Source of the DNA: Bacteroidales bacterium
Lineage (GTDB): Bacteria > Bacteroidota > Bacteroidia > Bacteroidales > BM520
Direction: 5' to 3'
Length of the DNA stretch: 64,000 bases
NCBI GenBank assembly: GCA_028707815.1
Contig: JAQWAE010000004.1
Location: 55,986 to 119,985, forward strand
The notes under the pieces are model-generated. The model was not told the DNA's origin. It did no database searches and saw nothing but the letters and a program-made list of their open reading frames with translations. Shown here piece by piece: positions 19,099 to 28,539 of the stretch; positions within the stretch are counted from its first letter, which is position 1; every line of letters starts with the position of its first letter. The position numbers and the translations under genes were made by a program.

Positions 19099-20871
19099 TT
19101 ATTTAACTTTTATTTCGACTTTACTTTTATCGAAATAATGAGTATGGAGTAAGTGATGAGATAATTCACCGCAAGGTTTACCTAAGAACTCCTCATACAA
19201 TTTAGTTATATAAGGATTTTCGTGAGATTTTCTTATAGGTTTATCATGGTCTTCTTGGTATATAGCGGCATGACGTGCTTTAATTACGTCAGCGTTACCG
19301 TGGTGTAGAGGTTGTCCGCCGCCGGCGATACAACCGCCCGGGCAAGCCATAATTTCGATAGCATGGAATTGGCACTCACCTTTTTTAACGCTTTCGAGAA
19401 GTTTACGGGCGTTACCGAGACCATGAGCGATACCTATATTAATAGGCAGTCCGTTAAAGTCGATAGTAGCGCTACGAACATTTTCGAGACCACGTAATTC
19501 TTCGAAGTCGATTTTTTGTAATTGTTTGCCGGTAAACAGTTCGTAAGCTGTTCTTACAGCAGCTTCGATAACGCCGCCGGTAGTACCGAAGATAACAGCA
19601 GCACCTGTAGATTCACCGAGAGGATTATCGAAATCTTCTTCATCAAGTTTAGCAAAATCTATATTAGCTTGTTTAATAAGATGAGCCAGTTCTCTTGTTG
19701 ATATTGAATAATTAACGTCCGGGTCGCCATCAGTTTTAAACTCATCACGTCCGCATTCATATTTTTTAGCGAGGCAAGGCATAACAGAGACGACTACGAG
19801 GTCTTTTCTATCTACGCCGATTTTCTTCGCAAAATAATTTTTAGCTATAGCGCCGAACATTTGCTGCGGGGAGCGTGATGTTGAAGGAATATCTCTCATT
19901 TCCGGGAAATAATGTTCAAAGAAGTTAACCCATGCGGGGCAGCATGAAGTCAGGATAGGCAATTTAACATCTTTGTCGCCATTTAAGAATTTAGACAGAC
20001 GACCAAGAAGTTCGGTACCTTCTTCCATGATGGTCAAGTCGGCAGCGAAATCAGTATCGAAGACGTAGTTGAAGCCAATTTCTCTGAGGGCGGCAGCCAT
20101 TTTACCGGTGACGATACTTCCGGCAGACATGCCGAATTCTTCGCCGAGGGCAACTCTGACAGCAGGAGCTGTTTGTACAACTACGGTCTTAGTCGGGTCT
20201 GCGAGGTCTCTGATAAGTTGTGGTGTATGGTCTACTTCAGTAAGAGCGCCTGTCGGGCATACAGCGACACACTGTCCGCAGAAGGTACACGGAGACTTGA
20301 TAAGGTTTTGTTCAAAAGCAGGAGCCACAACAGCTTCGAAGCCACGGTTGATAGCTGATAGTGCGCCAACGGTTTGTATTGTATTACACATAGTTTCGCA
20401 GCGGCGGCACATGACACATTTATCAATATCTCTTATAATAGAAGGTGAAGTATCTTTACGGTAAGTAGATTGTGCGCCTTTATAGGTTATTTGTCTGATG
20501 CCCAAATCTTGAGCTAAAGTTTGCAATTCACAGTTTCCACTTTTAGCACAGACCAAACAATCAGCGGGGTGGTCGGATAAGATAAGTTCCACAACTGTTC
20601 TACGTGCATTAAGAGCTCTTACGCTATGGGTTTTAATAACCATACCTTCGAGGCATTCGGTAGCGCAAGCCGGTGCGAGGTTTTTTCTTCCCTGTACTTC
20701 GACTACGCATACACGGCAACCGCCCGGTTTATTTTCTATGTGCATATCTTCGAGGTTAAGATAGCATAAAGTAGGTATATGGATACCGTTGTTTCTTGCT
20801 GCTTGTAATATAGTAGTTCCCTTAGCAACTTCTATATTTTTATTATCAATATTAATTTTTATAGTTTCCAT
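19099..20871 (-). CDS. hydA: [FeFe] hydrogenase catalytic subunit (HydA, group A3-type)
   Basis: H-cluster motifs TSCCPAW, MPCLAKKYE and EIMACPGGCIAGGGQP. N-terminal 2Fe-2S and 4Fe-4S Cys clusters are also present. Confidence 0.95.
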   Translation of the reverse strand: METIKINIDNKNIEVAKGTTILQAARNNGIHIPTLCYLNLEDMHIENKPGGCRVCVVEVQGRKNLAPACATECLEGMVIKTHSVRALNARRTVVELILSDHPADCLVCAKSGNCELQTLAQDLGIRQITYKGAQSTYRKDTSPSIIRDIDKCVMCRRCETMCNTIQTVGALSAINRGFEAVVAPAFEQNLIKSPCTFCGQCVAVCPTGALTEVDHTPQLIRDLADPTKTVVVQTAPAVRVALGEEFGMSAGSIVTGKMAAALREIGFNYVFDTDFAADLTIMEEGTELLGRLSKFLNGDKDVKLPILTSCCPAWVNFFEHYFPEMRDIPSTSRSPQQMFGAIAKNYFAKKIGVDRKDLVVVSVMPCLAKKYECGRDEFKTDGDPDVNYSISTRELAHLIKQANIDFAKLDEEDFDNPLGESTGAAVIFGTTGGVIEAAVRTAYELFTGKQLQKIDFEELRGLENVRSATIDFNGLPINIGIAHGLGNARKLLESVKKGECQFHAIEIMACPGGCIAGGGQPLHHGNADVIKARHAAIYQEDHDKPIRKSHENPYITKLYEEFLGKPCGELSHHLLHTHYFDKSKVEIKVK

Positions 20872-20882
20872 TATTCGCTGTT

Positions 20883-22676
20883 TTATTTAATTTCGATAGC
20901 ATTGAATTTACATCTTTCTTTACATGCGCCACATTTGATACAGATAGACTGGTCAATTGAGTGAGGAGATTTACGTTCGCCTTTGATAGCACCGACTGGG
21001 CAATTACGAGCGCAAGCTGTACAACCCACACAAACTTCGGGATTAATGACATAGTGCATCAAGCTGCGGCATACACCGGCGCGACATTTTTTATCAACAA
21101 CGTGTTCAACGTATTCGTCCCAGAAGTTATCAAGAGTAGATAAAACAGGGTTTGGAGATGTTTGACCTAAGCCGCAAAGAGCTGTATCTTTAATGACTTT
21201 GCTGAGGTTTTTCAGGTCATCGAGGTCTTGCATTGTACCTTCGCCTTTAGTAATTTTGTCTAAGATTTCATAAAGTCTCTTATTACCAACGCGGCATGGA
21301 GTACATTTACCGCAAGATTCTTCTACGATAAATCCCATATAGAATTTTGCTATACTGACCATACAGTCATCTTCGTCCATAACTATCATACCGCCGGAGC
21401 CCATCATAGAGCCTGCTGCGATAAGGTTATCATAGTCGATAGGTGTATCGAGGTGTTTTTCGGTCAAGCAGCCGCCGGAAGGACCGCCGGTTTGTACAGC
21501 TTTAAACTTTTTACCGCCTTTGATACCGCCACCGATTTCGTATATAACTTCACGGAGAGTTGTTCCCATTGGAACTTCTATCAAACCTACGTTATTGATT
21601 TTGCCGGCGAGGGCGAACACTTTAGTACCTTTAGATTTTTCGGAGCCTATGGCAGTAAACCAGTCGGCACCTTTATTAATAATTACAGGTACACAGGCAA
21701 AAGTTTCAACATTATTTACGTTGGTTGGTTTTTCCAGATATCCGCTAACTGCTGGGAATGGTGGTTTAAAAGTAGGTTCACCGCGTTTACCTTCCATTGA
21801 ATGGATAAGAGCGGTTTCTTCACCGCAGACGAAGGCACCTGCACCATAACGTAATGTTATGTCGAAAGAGAAATCGGTACCAAGTATATTATCACCTAAC
21901 AAGCCATATTCGTGAGCTTGTTTGATAGCGACTTGTAAGCGATGAATTGCGAGTGGGTATTCAGCTCTGATATAGATAAGACCTTTATTTGCGCCTATAC
22001 AATAGCCGCAGATAGCCATAGCTTCGAGAACAGAGTGTGGGTCGCCTTCAAGAATTGAACGGTCCATAAATGCGCCCGGGTCACCTTCATCAGCATTACA
22101 CACAACATATTTCTGTTCGTTAACGCTTTTTCTTGCCAATTCCCATTTCAATCCTGTAGGGAAACCACCGCCGCCACGACCTCTTAAGCCGGATTTTTTC
22201 ATTTCGTTAATACATGCTTCGGGAGTCATTGTACTTAACACTTTGCCTAAAGCAGCATAAGCATCACGGGAAATAGACTCTTCAATATTTTCAGGGTCTA
22301 TGAAACCACAGTTTCTAAGAGCAATTCTAAGTTGTTTTTGATAGAAGCCCATGTGTTTAGAGTCGCTGATATGCTTATTTGTATCAGGGTCAACATATAA
22401 AAGTCTTTCAATTTTACGACCTTTGATAATATGTTCTGCGATAATTTCTTTTACGTCATTAGGAGTTACATGTACATAGAATGTATTGTCGGGCATAATT
22501 TTCACTATCGGACCTTTTTCACAGAATCCGAAGCAACCGGAAGCCACAACCTTAACATCATTTTCGAGATGTTGAGCTATTATTTCTTTTTTCAGGTTTT
22601 CAGCGATAAGTTCGCTTTGGGAAGCGTGACAGCCTGTGCCACCGCAAACCAAAATATGATATTTAAAAGTTGCCAT
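20883..22676 (-). CDS. hydB: NuoF-like NAD(P)H/FMN-binding hydrogenase subunit (HydB)
   Basis: N-terminal Trx-like 2Fe-2S domain (CGGTGC...CFGFC), GRGGGGFPTG and ESCGKCTPCR blocks, and two C-terminal CxxCxxCxxxCP ferredoxin motifs. Confidence 0.95.
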   Translation of the reverse strand: MATFKYHILVCGGTGCHASQSELIAENLKKEIIAQHLENDVKVVASGCFGFCEKGPIVKIMPDNTFYVHVTPNDVKEIIAEHIIKGRKIERLLYVDPDTNKHISDSKHMGFYQKQLRIALRNCGFIDPENIEESISRDAYAALGKVLSTMTPEACINEMKKSGLRGRGGGGFPTGLKWELARKSVNEQKYVVCNADEGDPGAFMDRSILEGDPHSVLEAMAICGYCIGANKGLIYIRAEYPLAIHRLQVAIKQAHEYGLLGDNILGTDFSFDITLRYGAGAFVCGEETALIHSMEGKRGEPTFKPPFPAVSGYLEKPTNVNNVETFACVPVIINKGADWFTAIGSEKSKGTKVFALAGKINNVGLIEVPMGTTLREVIYEIGGGIKGGKKFKAVQTGGPSGGCLTEKHLDTPIDYDNLIAAGSMMGSGGMIVMDEDDCMVSIAKFYMGFIVEESCGKCTPCRVGNKRLYEILDKITKGEGTMQDLDDLKNLSKVIKDTALCGLGQTSPNPVLSTLDNFWDEYVEHVVDKKCRAGVCRSLMHYVINPEVCVGCTACARNCPVGAIKGERKSPHSIDQSICIKCGACKERCKFNAIEIK

Positions 22677-22693
22677 ATTATATCCTCTTTACG

Positions 22694-23086
22694 TTAGTCA
22701 ATAGTATTATAATTTTTCGGTATGATACCTTCTACGAGTTCACCGTTTTTGATGTACTTTTCGATAATTTCATCCGCTTTTGCAACATCTACATATCCAA
22801 AAACTACAGGTTCTTGTCCTGGGAGTGTGACCTCTATGGTCGGCTCCGCATAACAATAGCCCATATCTCCGGTTTGGGTAACAACAGCATCAATATTTCT
22901 TTTATCAAGTTCTTCACTTAAATAGTTAAAAACTTTTTTTGCACCTGATGCGATACCGCTTGTAGCCATTCCCACCTTTATCTGAACCATTGCTTCAGGG
23001 TGGTCAGCATGTTCCCTAATCTTAATTTTAGCTTGTAATTCCGATTTCATGTTTCTGAGATCGTCAAGTGATTTGATTTTTGCCAT
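22694..23086 (-). CDS. Thioredoxin-like [2Fe-2S] ferredoxin-fold protein lacking the cluster ligands (HydD-like relic)
   Basis: 130 aa, first gene of the operon. It aligns by eye to the HydB N-terminal domain, but three of the four ligand positions are no longer Cys (VGMATSGIASGA in place of C..C) and the protein has a single Cys (GYCYAEP). Confidence 0.6.
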   Translation of the reverse strand: MAKIKSLDDLRNMKSELQAKIKIREHADHPEAMVQIKVGMATSGIASGAKKVFNYLSEELDKRNIDAVVTQTGDMGYCYAEPTIEVTLPGQEPVVFGYVDVAKADEIIEKYIKNGELVEGIIPKNYNTID

Positions 23087-23202
23087 GATTTTTTAATATT
23101 AATACTACCTTCTTAAATCAACAAGATAAGCAGTAATCAATTAATAATTAGTTAGTTAATAATTTAATATTTAATTTTTTACTTTGATTTCAATTTGAAT
23201 TG

Positions 23203-23210
23203 CAAATATA
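23203..23210 (-). promoter_or_regulatory. -7 box TATATTTG for the hydrogenase operon
   Basis: The reverse complement of caaatata, about 117 nt upstream of the ATG at 23086. Confidence 0.4.
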
Positions 23211-23269
23211 GTCTTTATTTTAGAATTAAAGATTAATTTATCGTAATATTTTTAGCGATATAAAAACCC

Positions 23270-23342
23270 GTAGATTCAAGTAGCAAGTGCGAAAATACAA
23301 TAAAGAGTTGAGAATTTCTTCTTTTACTTTTTTTATGATTAG
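23270..23342 (+). repeat. L-module repeat (core GTAGATTCA ... TGCGAAAATACAATAAAGAG)
   Basis: About 80 percent identical by eye to 28672-28733 (reverse complement) and 53340-53390. Confidence 0.7.
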
Positions 23343-23377
23343 AAAAGTAACAAAAAAGTCTTCCGCTGTGTCAAAAC

Positions 23378-23453
23378 CACATCAGCCAAGGCGGGTCTGC
23401 CTTGTCAGTTTATAAATCTTCTGACATGACCCCGAAGGGGTCACATATTTATA
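23378..23453 (+). repeat. R-module repeat (CACATCAGCCAAGGCGGGTC ... CATGACCCCGAAGGGGTCACATATTTATA), hairpin-rich
   Basis: A second copy lies at 54165-54270. It contains the stems caaggc/gccttg, gtcag/ctgac and tgacccc-gaa-ggggtca. Confidence 0.7.
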
Positions 23454-23752
23454 TCTCTAAATTTATGACACCGCCGTCATTACCAAAAAATAGAATCTCT
23501 TCTAATGATAACAGCCATGGCTATGCCTGACATTTTGTCATTTTGTCATGAAATTTTTATTAAAAAATCAAGCTGTTTTTAGCTTCATAAAAGCATAACA
23601 AACTGTTTTAACATGATTTAACGGGCTGATAAACAACAATAACAGCCAATATACGTTTTTCAATAGCGCAATTAAAAATGGTATACTTATTGATTATAGC
23701 ACAGAGCTGAAATTTTTTCAGGATAAATTATTTTACAAAAAATTAAAGGATT

Positions 23753-25126
23753 ATGAAGAAGAAAATTTTTGCGTTAATAGTTTTAGCTATCATTATTTTT
23801 ACAGGTACGGATAGCCTTATGGCTCAAGGTGGTTATGTTGATTTTACATCAGCGGCGGAGAAGAGCGTTCATGCTGTAGTTCACATAAAAACCGAATTTG
23901 CCAGAAAGAACAATTTATATGATTATTATTTTGATTTATTTGATTTAAGAGATTTGTTCAACTATCAGCAACGTAACGCAGCGCCCATAATTGCCACCGG
24001 TTCAGGTGTTTTGATTAGTCAAGACGGCTACATTGTAACCAACAACCATGTAGTTCAAGATGCGTTAAAAGTAGAGGTAACGCTAAACGACAAGAGGTCT
24101 TACACGGCTGAGATTATCGGCACTGATCCTTCATCTGATTTAGCATTATTAAAGATTGATGCAAGCGGTTTACCATATCTGACTTATGGAAATTCAGATG
24201 AATGTAAAATTGGTGAATGGGTTTTGGCTGTAGGTAACCCATTAAACTTGACATCTACAGTTACTGCCGGCATCATATCAGCTAAAGCGCGTAATATCAA
24301 TATCATACCTGATACAGATAGCGGAAATGCCATAGAATCTTTTATACAGACAGATGCAGCCGTCAACGCCGGAAACAGTGGTGGTGCCTTAGTTAACACT
24401 AAAGGCGAGTTGATAGGAATTAACACGGCGATAGCAAGCGGCACAGGATATTATGCAGGTTATTCTTTTGCCGTTCCGGTAAACATTGTAAAGAAAGTCA
24501 TTGGAGATATTAAAAGCTATGGCAAAGTACAACGCGCATTGTTAGGAGTTTCCATCAATGACATTAACAGCGATTTTGCTTCAAAAGAAGGACTGAACAC
24601 CCTCAAAGGAGCTTATGTAAATGGGATGTCAAGCATGGGAGAAGCAGAAAAAGCCGGCATCAAAGTCGGCGATGTCATAACAGCTATTGACGGAAAAGAT
24701 ATTAACTCTACATCGGAATTATTGGAAAGAGTAAGTCAATATAGTCCGGAAGAAACTGTTTTTGTTACAGTTAACAGAGGCGGAAAAGTTATGGACTTTG
24801 ACGTTAAATTATCAAATCCAAATAAATCTCAAACCACGCAACTATCAGGTACTAAGGACAATATAACCGGATGTATATTTTTAGATGCAAAAAATGAAGA
24901 TTTGATAAAATATAATTCAAAAAATGGCGTTATAGTAGTTAAGGTTAATGATGGCGTTTTCAAATCTGCGGGTATACAGACAGGTTTTCTTATAACCAAA
25001 GTAGATAATGTAGCCATCAGAAGCGTAAGCCAATTACTTGATATTCTTTCTTCAAAACGAGGTGGAGTATTAGTTGAAGGAAAGTATGGTAATGGTGTTA
25101 AGGCATATTATGGAATCGGGCTATAA
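23753..25126 (+). CDS. HtrA/DegQ-family periplasmic serine protease with PDZ domains
   Basis: Signal peptide, then the catalytic blocks TNNHVV, DLALLKI and GNSGGALV. Confidence 0.9.
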   Translation: MKKKIFALIVLAIIIFTGTDSLMAQGGYVDFTSAAEKSVHAVVHIKTEFARKNNLYDYYFDLFDLRDLFNYQQRNAAPIIATGSGVLISQDGYIVTNNHVVQDALKVEVTLNDKRSYTAEIIGTDPSSDLALLKIDASGLPYLTYGNSDECKIGEWVLAVGNPLNLTSTVTAGIISAKARNINIIPDTDSGNAIESFIQTDAAVNAGNSGGALVNTKGELIGINTAIASGTGYYAGYSFAVPVNIVKKVIGDIKSYGKVQRALLGVSINDINSDFASKEGLNTLKGAYVNGMSSMGEAEKAGIKVGDVITAIDGKDINSTSELLERVSQYSPEETVFVTVNRGGKVMDFDVKLSNPNKSQTTQLSGTKDNITGCIFLDAKNEDLIKYNSKNGVIVVKVNDGVFKSAGIQTGFLITKVDNVAIRSVSQLLDILSSKRGGVLVEGKYGNGVKAYYGIGL

Positions 25127-25193
25127 CCCGATTCTGATTGTATGTTTATTTAATTGAGTAGTAATTAATATTTTTTTATGTAATAATTGTACA

Positions 25194-26057
25194 ATGCGAC
25201 AGCTAAAAATTTCAAAGTCAATTACCAATAGGGAAGTTGCAGCTCTTGACAAATATTTGTCGGACATCAGTAAGGAGCAATTAATCACACCTGAAGAGGA
25301 GGTAGAACTTGCTCAAAAAATTAAAGCAGGAGACGACAAAGCTCTTGAAAAGTTAGTAAATGCAAATTTACGATTTGTCGTTTCAGTTGCCAAGCAATAC
25401 CAAAATCAGGGATTAAGTTTACCTGATTTAATCAATGAAGGTAATGTCGGATTAATCAAAGCAGCAAAGAAGTTTGATGAAACGAGAGGTTTCAAATTCA
25501 TTTCTTATGCTGTGTGGTGGATTCGTCAATCTATTTTGCAAGCTCTTGCCGAACAATCAAGGATTGTAAGATTACCCTTAAACCAAGTTGGTACTATCAG
25601 TAAAATCAAAAAGGAATATTCTCGTCTGGAACAAAATTTACAAAGAGTTCCATCTGCTGCAGAGATTGCAGACAGTTTAGATATTCCAGACAACAAAATT
25701 GATTCTGCATTCAGAATGAATTTAAAGACAGTATCTGTTGATGCACCTTTACCTAATGAAGAAGGTAATTGTTTATTAGACGTACTGAACAACAACTCAA
25801 GTCCTGACCCGGATGCTATTCTTATGGACGAATCTCTCTCATTAGAGATACAGAGATCATTAGCTCTTTTGAATGAAAAAGAGAGAGAGATTTTAATGCT
25901 CCATTTTGGCATCGGCATTGGCTACAGCCTTACTCTTGAAGAAATCGGTACAAAATACGGCTTAACACGTGAAAGAGTACGTCAAATTAAAGAAAAAGCA
26001 TTACGAAGATTGAGATCTAATTTAAGGTGTAACAATCTAAAACCTTTTTTAGGCTAA
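25194..26057 (+). CDS. rpoD: Primary RNA polymerase sigma factor (Bacteroidetes sigma-A)
   Basis: 287 aa. Region 2 block [12 protein letters not shown] and region 4.2 block [28 protein letters not shown]. Confidence 0.95.
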   Translation: MRQLKISKSITNREVAALDKYLSDISKEQLITPEEEVELAQKIKAGDDKALEKLVNANLRFVVSVAKQYQNQGLSLPDLINEGNVGLIKAAKKFDETRGFKFISYAVWWIRQSILQALAEQSRIVRLPLNQVGTISKIKKEYSRLEQNLQRVPSAAEIADSLDIPDNKIDSAFRMNLKTVSVDAPLPNEEGNCLLDVLNNNSSPDPDAILMDESLSLEIQRSLALLNEKEREILMLHFGIGIGYSLTLEEIGTKYGLTRERVRQIKEKALRRLRSNLRCNNLKPFLG

Positions 26058-26071
26058 ATCAAAATTTACTG

Positions 26072-26109
26072 ACAGGGGCTTCTTAAACAGATTCCCCTGT
26101 TTTTATTTT
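26072..26109 (+). terminator. Rho-independent terminator after rpoD
   Basis: Stem acagggg / cccctgt followed by ttttatttt. Confidence 0.7.
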
Positions 26110-26153
26110 AAGGCATTCTTATTAAAATTATTCTATCAATATAACAAATCAAA

Positions 26154-26581
26154 ATGAGCATAAAATTTTTACGCAAACTATTAATTTTCTGGACATTGTT
26201 CATTGGCATCGGTGCCGTATGGGGAATGCTGATGATGTTCATCTCACCGTCAGGCGAGATGTGGGAAATGGAGCCGATACTGCCAATGTTGCAACAATCA
26301 CTGCCCTACCCTGAAATCTTTTTCACCAACTTCATCTTTTCCGGCATTGTGTTATTCTTTGTCAACGGTGCCACACAGCTTTTCAGCGCCGTGATGCTGT
26401 GCGTAGAAACCGCTATGCCTCCCTATTCGCCTTCATAAGCGGCATAATCCTGATGCTGTGGTGTATATTAGAATGGATTATCTTCGGATTTAACTTTTTG
26501 ACAAACCTCTATTTTGTATTCGGCGTATTAGAAGCCATCAACGCCATCATCTTAAAAATAAAAGAAAAAAAATTGCAATAA
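26154..26581 (+). pseudogene. Small polytopic membrane protein interrupted by a frameshift near 26395-26405
   Basis: Two overlapping ORFs (26154-26438 and 26399-26581) read as one hydrophobic protein if one base is added or removed. This could be a genuine frameshift or a sequencing error. Confidence 0.5.
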
Positions 26582-26651
26582 AAAAAAATTTTGACACAAA
26601 CTGTCAAAGTGCTGTCGTTTCTTTGCAACGTTAATTTAAAATATAGACATT

Positions 26652-27014
26652 ATGAAGAAATTACAGAAGCGCAGACATTATCTCACTACCCACGTAGCAG
26701 GCTTTACTTATTGGGAAGGTCCCATGGTTTTCGGGGAGTTACACATAGGCACTGAACTACATCTTGAACGCGAAGACGACAACAAGTTCGATCCTTATGC
26801 CATTGCATTATATTATGATGAATATAAAATTGGCTATATACCCAGAGAAGATAACGAAGATATAAATAAATTTCTTGAGATGGGCTGGGAAGATGTTTTC
26901 GAAGTCCGCATTAACCGTGTGATACCGGAGCAGCATCCGGAGCAACAAATCGGGATTATCGTCTATATCAAGTTGAATGCGAAGGAGGAAGGAAAAGAAG
27001 ACTTTATCCAATAG
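26652..27014 (+). CDS. Stand-alone HIRAN-domain protein
   Basis: 120 aa. The block HVAGFTYWEG...ELHLEREDDNKFDPYAIALYYDEYKIGYIPRE matches the HIRAN pattern as recalled. Confidence 0.7.
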   Translation: MKKLQKRRHYLTTHVAGFTYWEGPMVFGELHIGTELHLEREDDNKFDPYAIALYYDEYKIGYIPREDNEDINKFLEMGWEDVFEVRINRVIPEQHPEQQIGIIVYIKLNAKEEGKEDFIQ

Positions 27015-27183
27015 TAATGAAAAAAGCGACTATCATAAAGCCGATGGAGATATTGAAAAATTAGAAAATCATGATAAATGATTCTACTGTTTTCAATAAT
27101 CATGTTATGACTTATTACCTTGCCGAGATTACATATCTGTAGCCAGAGACAACGCTCTTGAAACCATAATCTCGTTGACACTG

Positions 27184-28539
27184 TCAGAAAATAATATTGT
27201 CATCTTCTACGGAAGTGCCGATAAACATTGAATAATAAATCGGCATATAGACTATTTTATCTTTGTGTTTTATTTCTCTTTTGTTATATAGAACTAATCC
27301 GTATTTTATGTGATAATCAGGTACTTCGAGCAATTTGTTTAATGCGCTGTGTATGGTATAGCCTTTACCTGATTTCACTTCAACAGGTAGTACGCACATA
27401 TTGTAATAATCGTCAATGATAAAATCTACTTCTCCTCGCTGCCGATTGTCATAATAAAATAGATTGTGACTGTGAGCTTTTAATTCCTGTGCTACAACGC
27501 TCTCATAAACAGAGCCTAAATTAATGCTGCATTCGTCATTTAATATTGCTTGTATGTTATTGTGATATAACTGTGAAGTTAACAGCCCTATATCGCTTAA
27601 ATATAACTTTATCAGATTTTTCCTCGCTGATTCTGCCAAAGGATAATGCGGATTGGAAATAGCGTGTACATCAATGGCTATACCGGAACCGATAAGATAC
27701 TCGAATTCGTCGTTATAATTATTTAACCTGTCACCCTTTTTGTTATTTATTTCTTTAGCAATGATTCTCTTCTTTTTATTCTCCATTTGAGATGGTACCA
27801 TGTCGTATATGCGCTTGATAAGTAGATGTTTACCTGAGCTTTCAGCATATTTTGCGGCATCATCACCATACAGAGAATAGATTGAGTTCTGAACATCACG
27901 TATGCGTACAATATTATGCGTTGCTAAATATTCGTTAATAGCGTCAGGCATTCCTCCTACAAGCAAATAGCGATGAAAGAGTTTCATGATGTAGGAATGA
28001 AGATTCTCGTCAAGACTTTCTTGGTGAAGATATTTATCCTTTATTGCACTAAGTGCATCATTGCCAAATCCATTTGCAATTAAAAATTCTTCAAAGTCAA
28101 GTTGATACATCTGTTTTCTAACAATACTGCCAATCGGAATTGATGTTGTTGAACGTAGAGCGAGACCAAGTAAACTGCCACTTGCGATATAAGTGTAACG
28201 ATGTTCCTGCCTCAAAAATTTCAGCATGGTAAGAAACATCGGATACTGCTGTATTTCATCAATAAACACTAAGGTGTTCTCCACTTTATCTAACTTGTCC
28301 CCGGCAATTGAACTTAAAGTTAGGTAGAAGGATTCTGTGGTAGAAATGTTCTTAAATAATTGCATCCCGGCATAATCTTCAGCAAAATTTATTTCAACGA
28401 AATTTTTAAAAAGACGGGAACCGACTTCTCTGATAATAAATGACTTTCCGACTTGTCGAGCACCTTCAATTATTAAAATCTTGTCGGATTCTGACTTCAA
28501 ATACTTTTCAATATAAGCTTCTATCTTTCTATACAACAT
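27184..28539 (-). CDS. AAA+ ATPase of the AAA_14/DUF4143 (COG1373) family
   Basis: Walker A GARQVGKS and Walker B VFIDEIQ. The start is set at internal ATG 28539 (MLYRKIEAYIEKY), because the track extension reads through the upstream direct repeats. Confidence 0.85.
   Translation of the reverse strand: MLYRKIEAYIEKYLKSESDKILIIEGARQVGKSFIIREVGSRLFKNFVEINFAEDYAGMQLFKNISTTESFYLTLSSIAGDKLDKVENTLVFIDEIQQYPMFLTMLKFLRQEHRYTYIASGSLLGLALRSTTSIPIGSIVRKQMYQLDFEEFLIANGFGNDALSAIKDKYLHQESLDENLHSYIMKLFHRYLLVGGMPDAINEYLATHNIVRIRDVQNSIYSLYGDDAAKYAESSGKHLLIKRIYDMVPSQMENKKKRIIAKEINNKKGDRLNNYNDEFEYLIGSGIAIDVHAISNPHYPLAESARKNLIKLYLSDIGLLTSQLYHNNIQAILNDECSINLGSVYESVVAQELKAHSHNLFYYDNRQRGEVDFIIDDYYNMCVLPVEVKSGKGYTIHSALNKLLEVPDYHIKYGLVLYNKREIKHKDKIVYMPIYYSMFIGTSVEDDNIIF

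Noticed and set aside
22694-23086. The 130-aa protein annotated as a functional [2Fe-2S] ferredoxin subunit.
   Set aside because: Only one Cys is present in the whole protein, so the four-Cys ligand set of Trx-like ferredoxins is absent.
23087-23752. The 666-bp intergenic region searched for a hidden small gene, riboswitch or tRNA-like element.
   Set aside because: There is no ORF of 60 aa or more, and no cloverleaf or riboswitch core that I recognise. The region is explained for now by divergent promoters plus the L/R repeat modules and several short hairpins.
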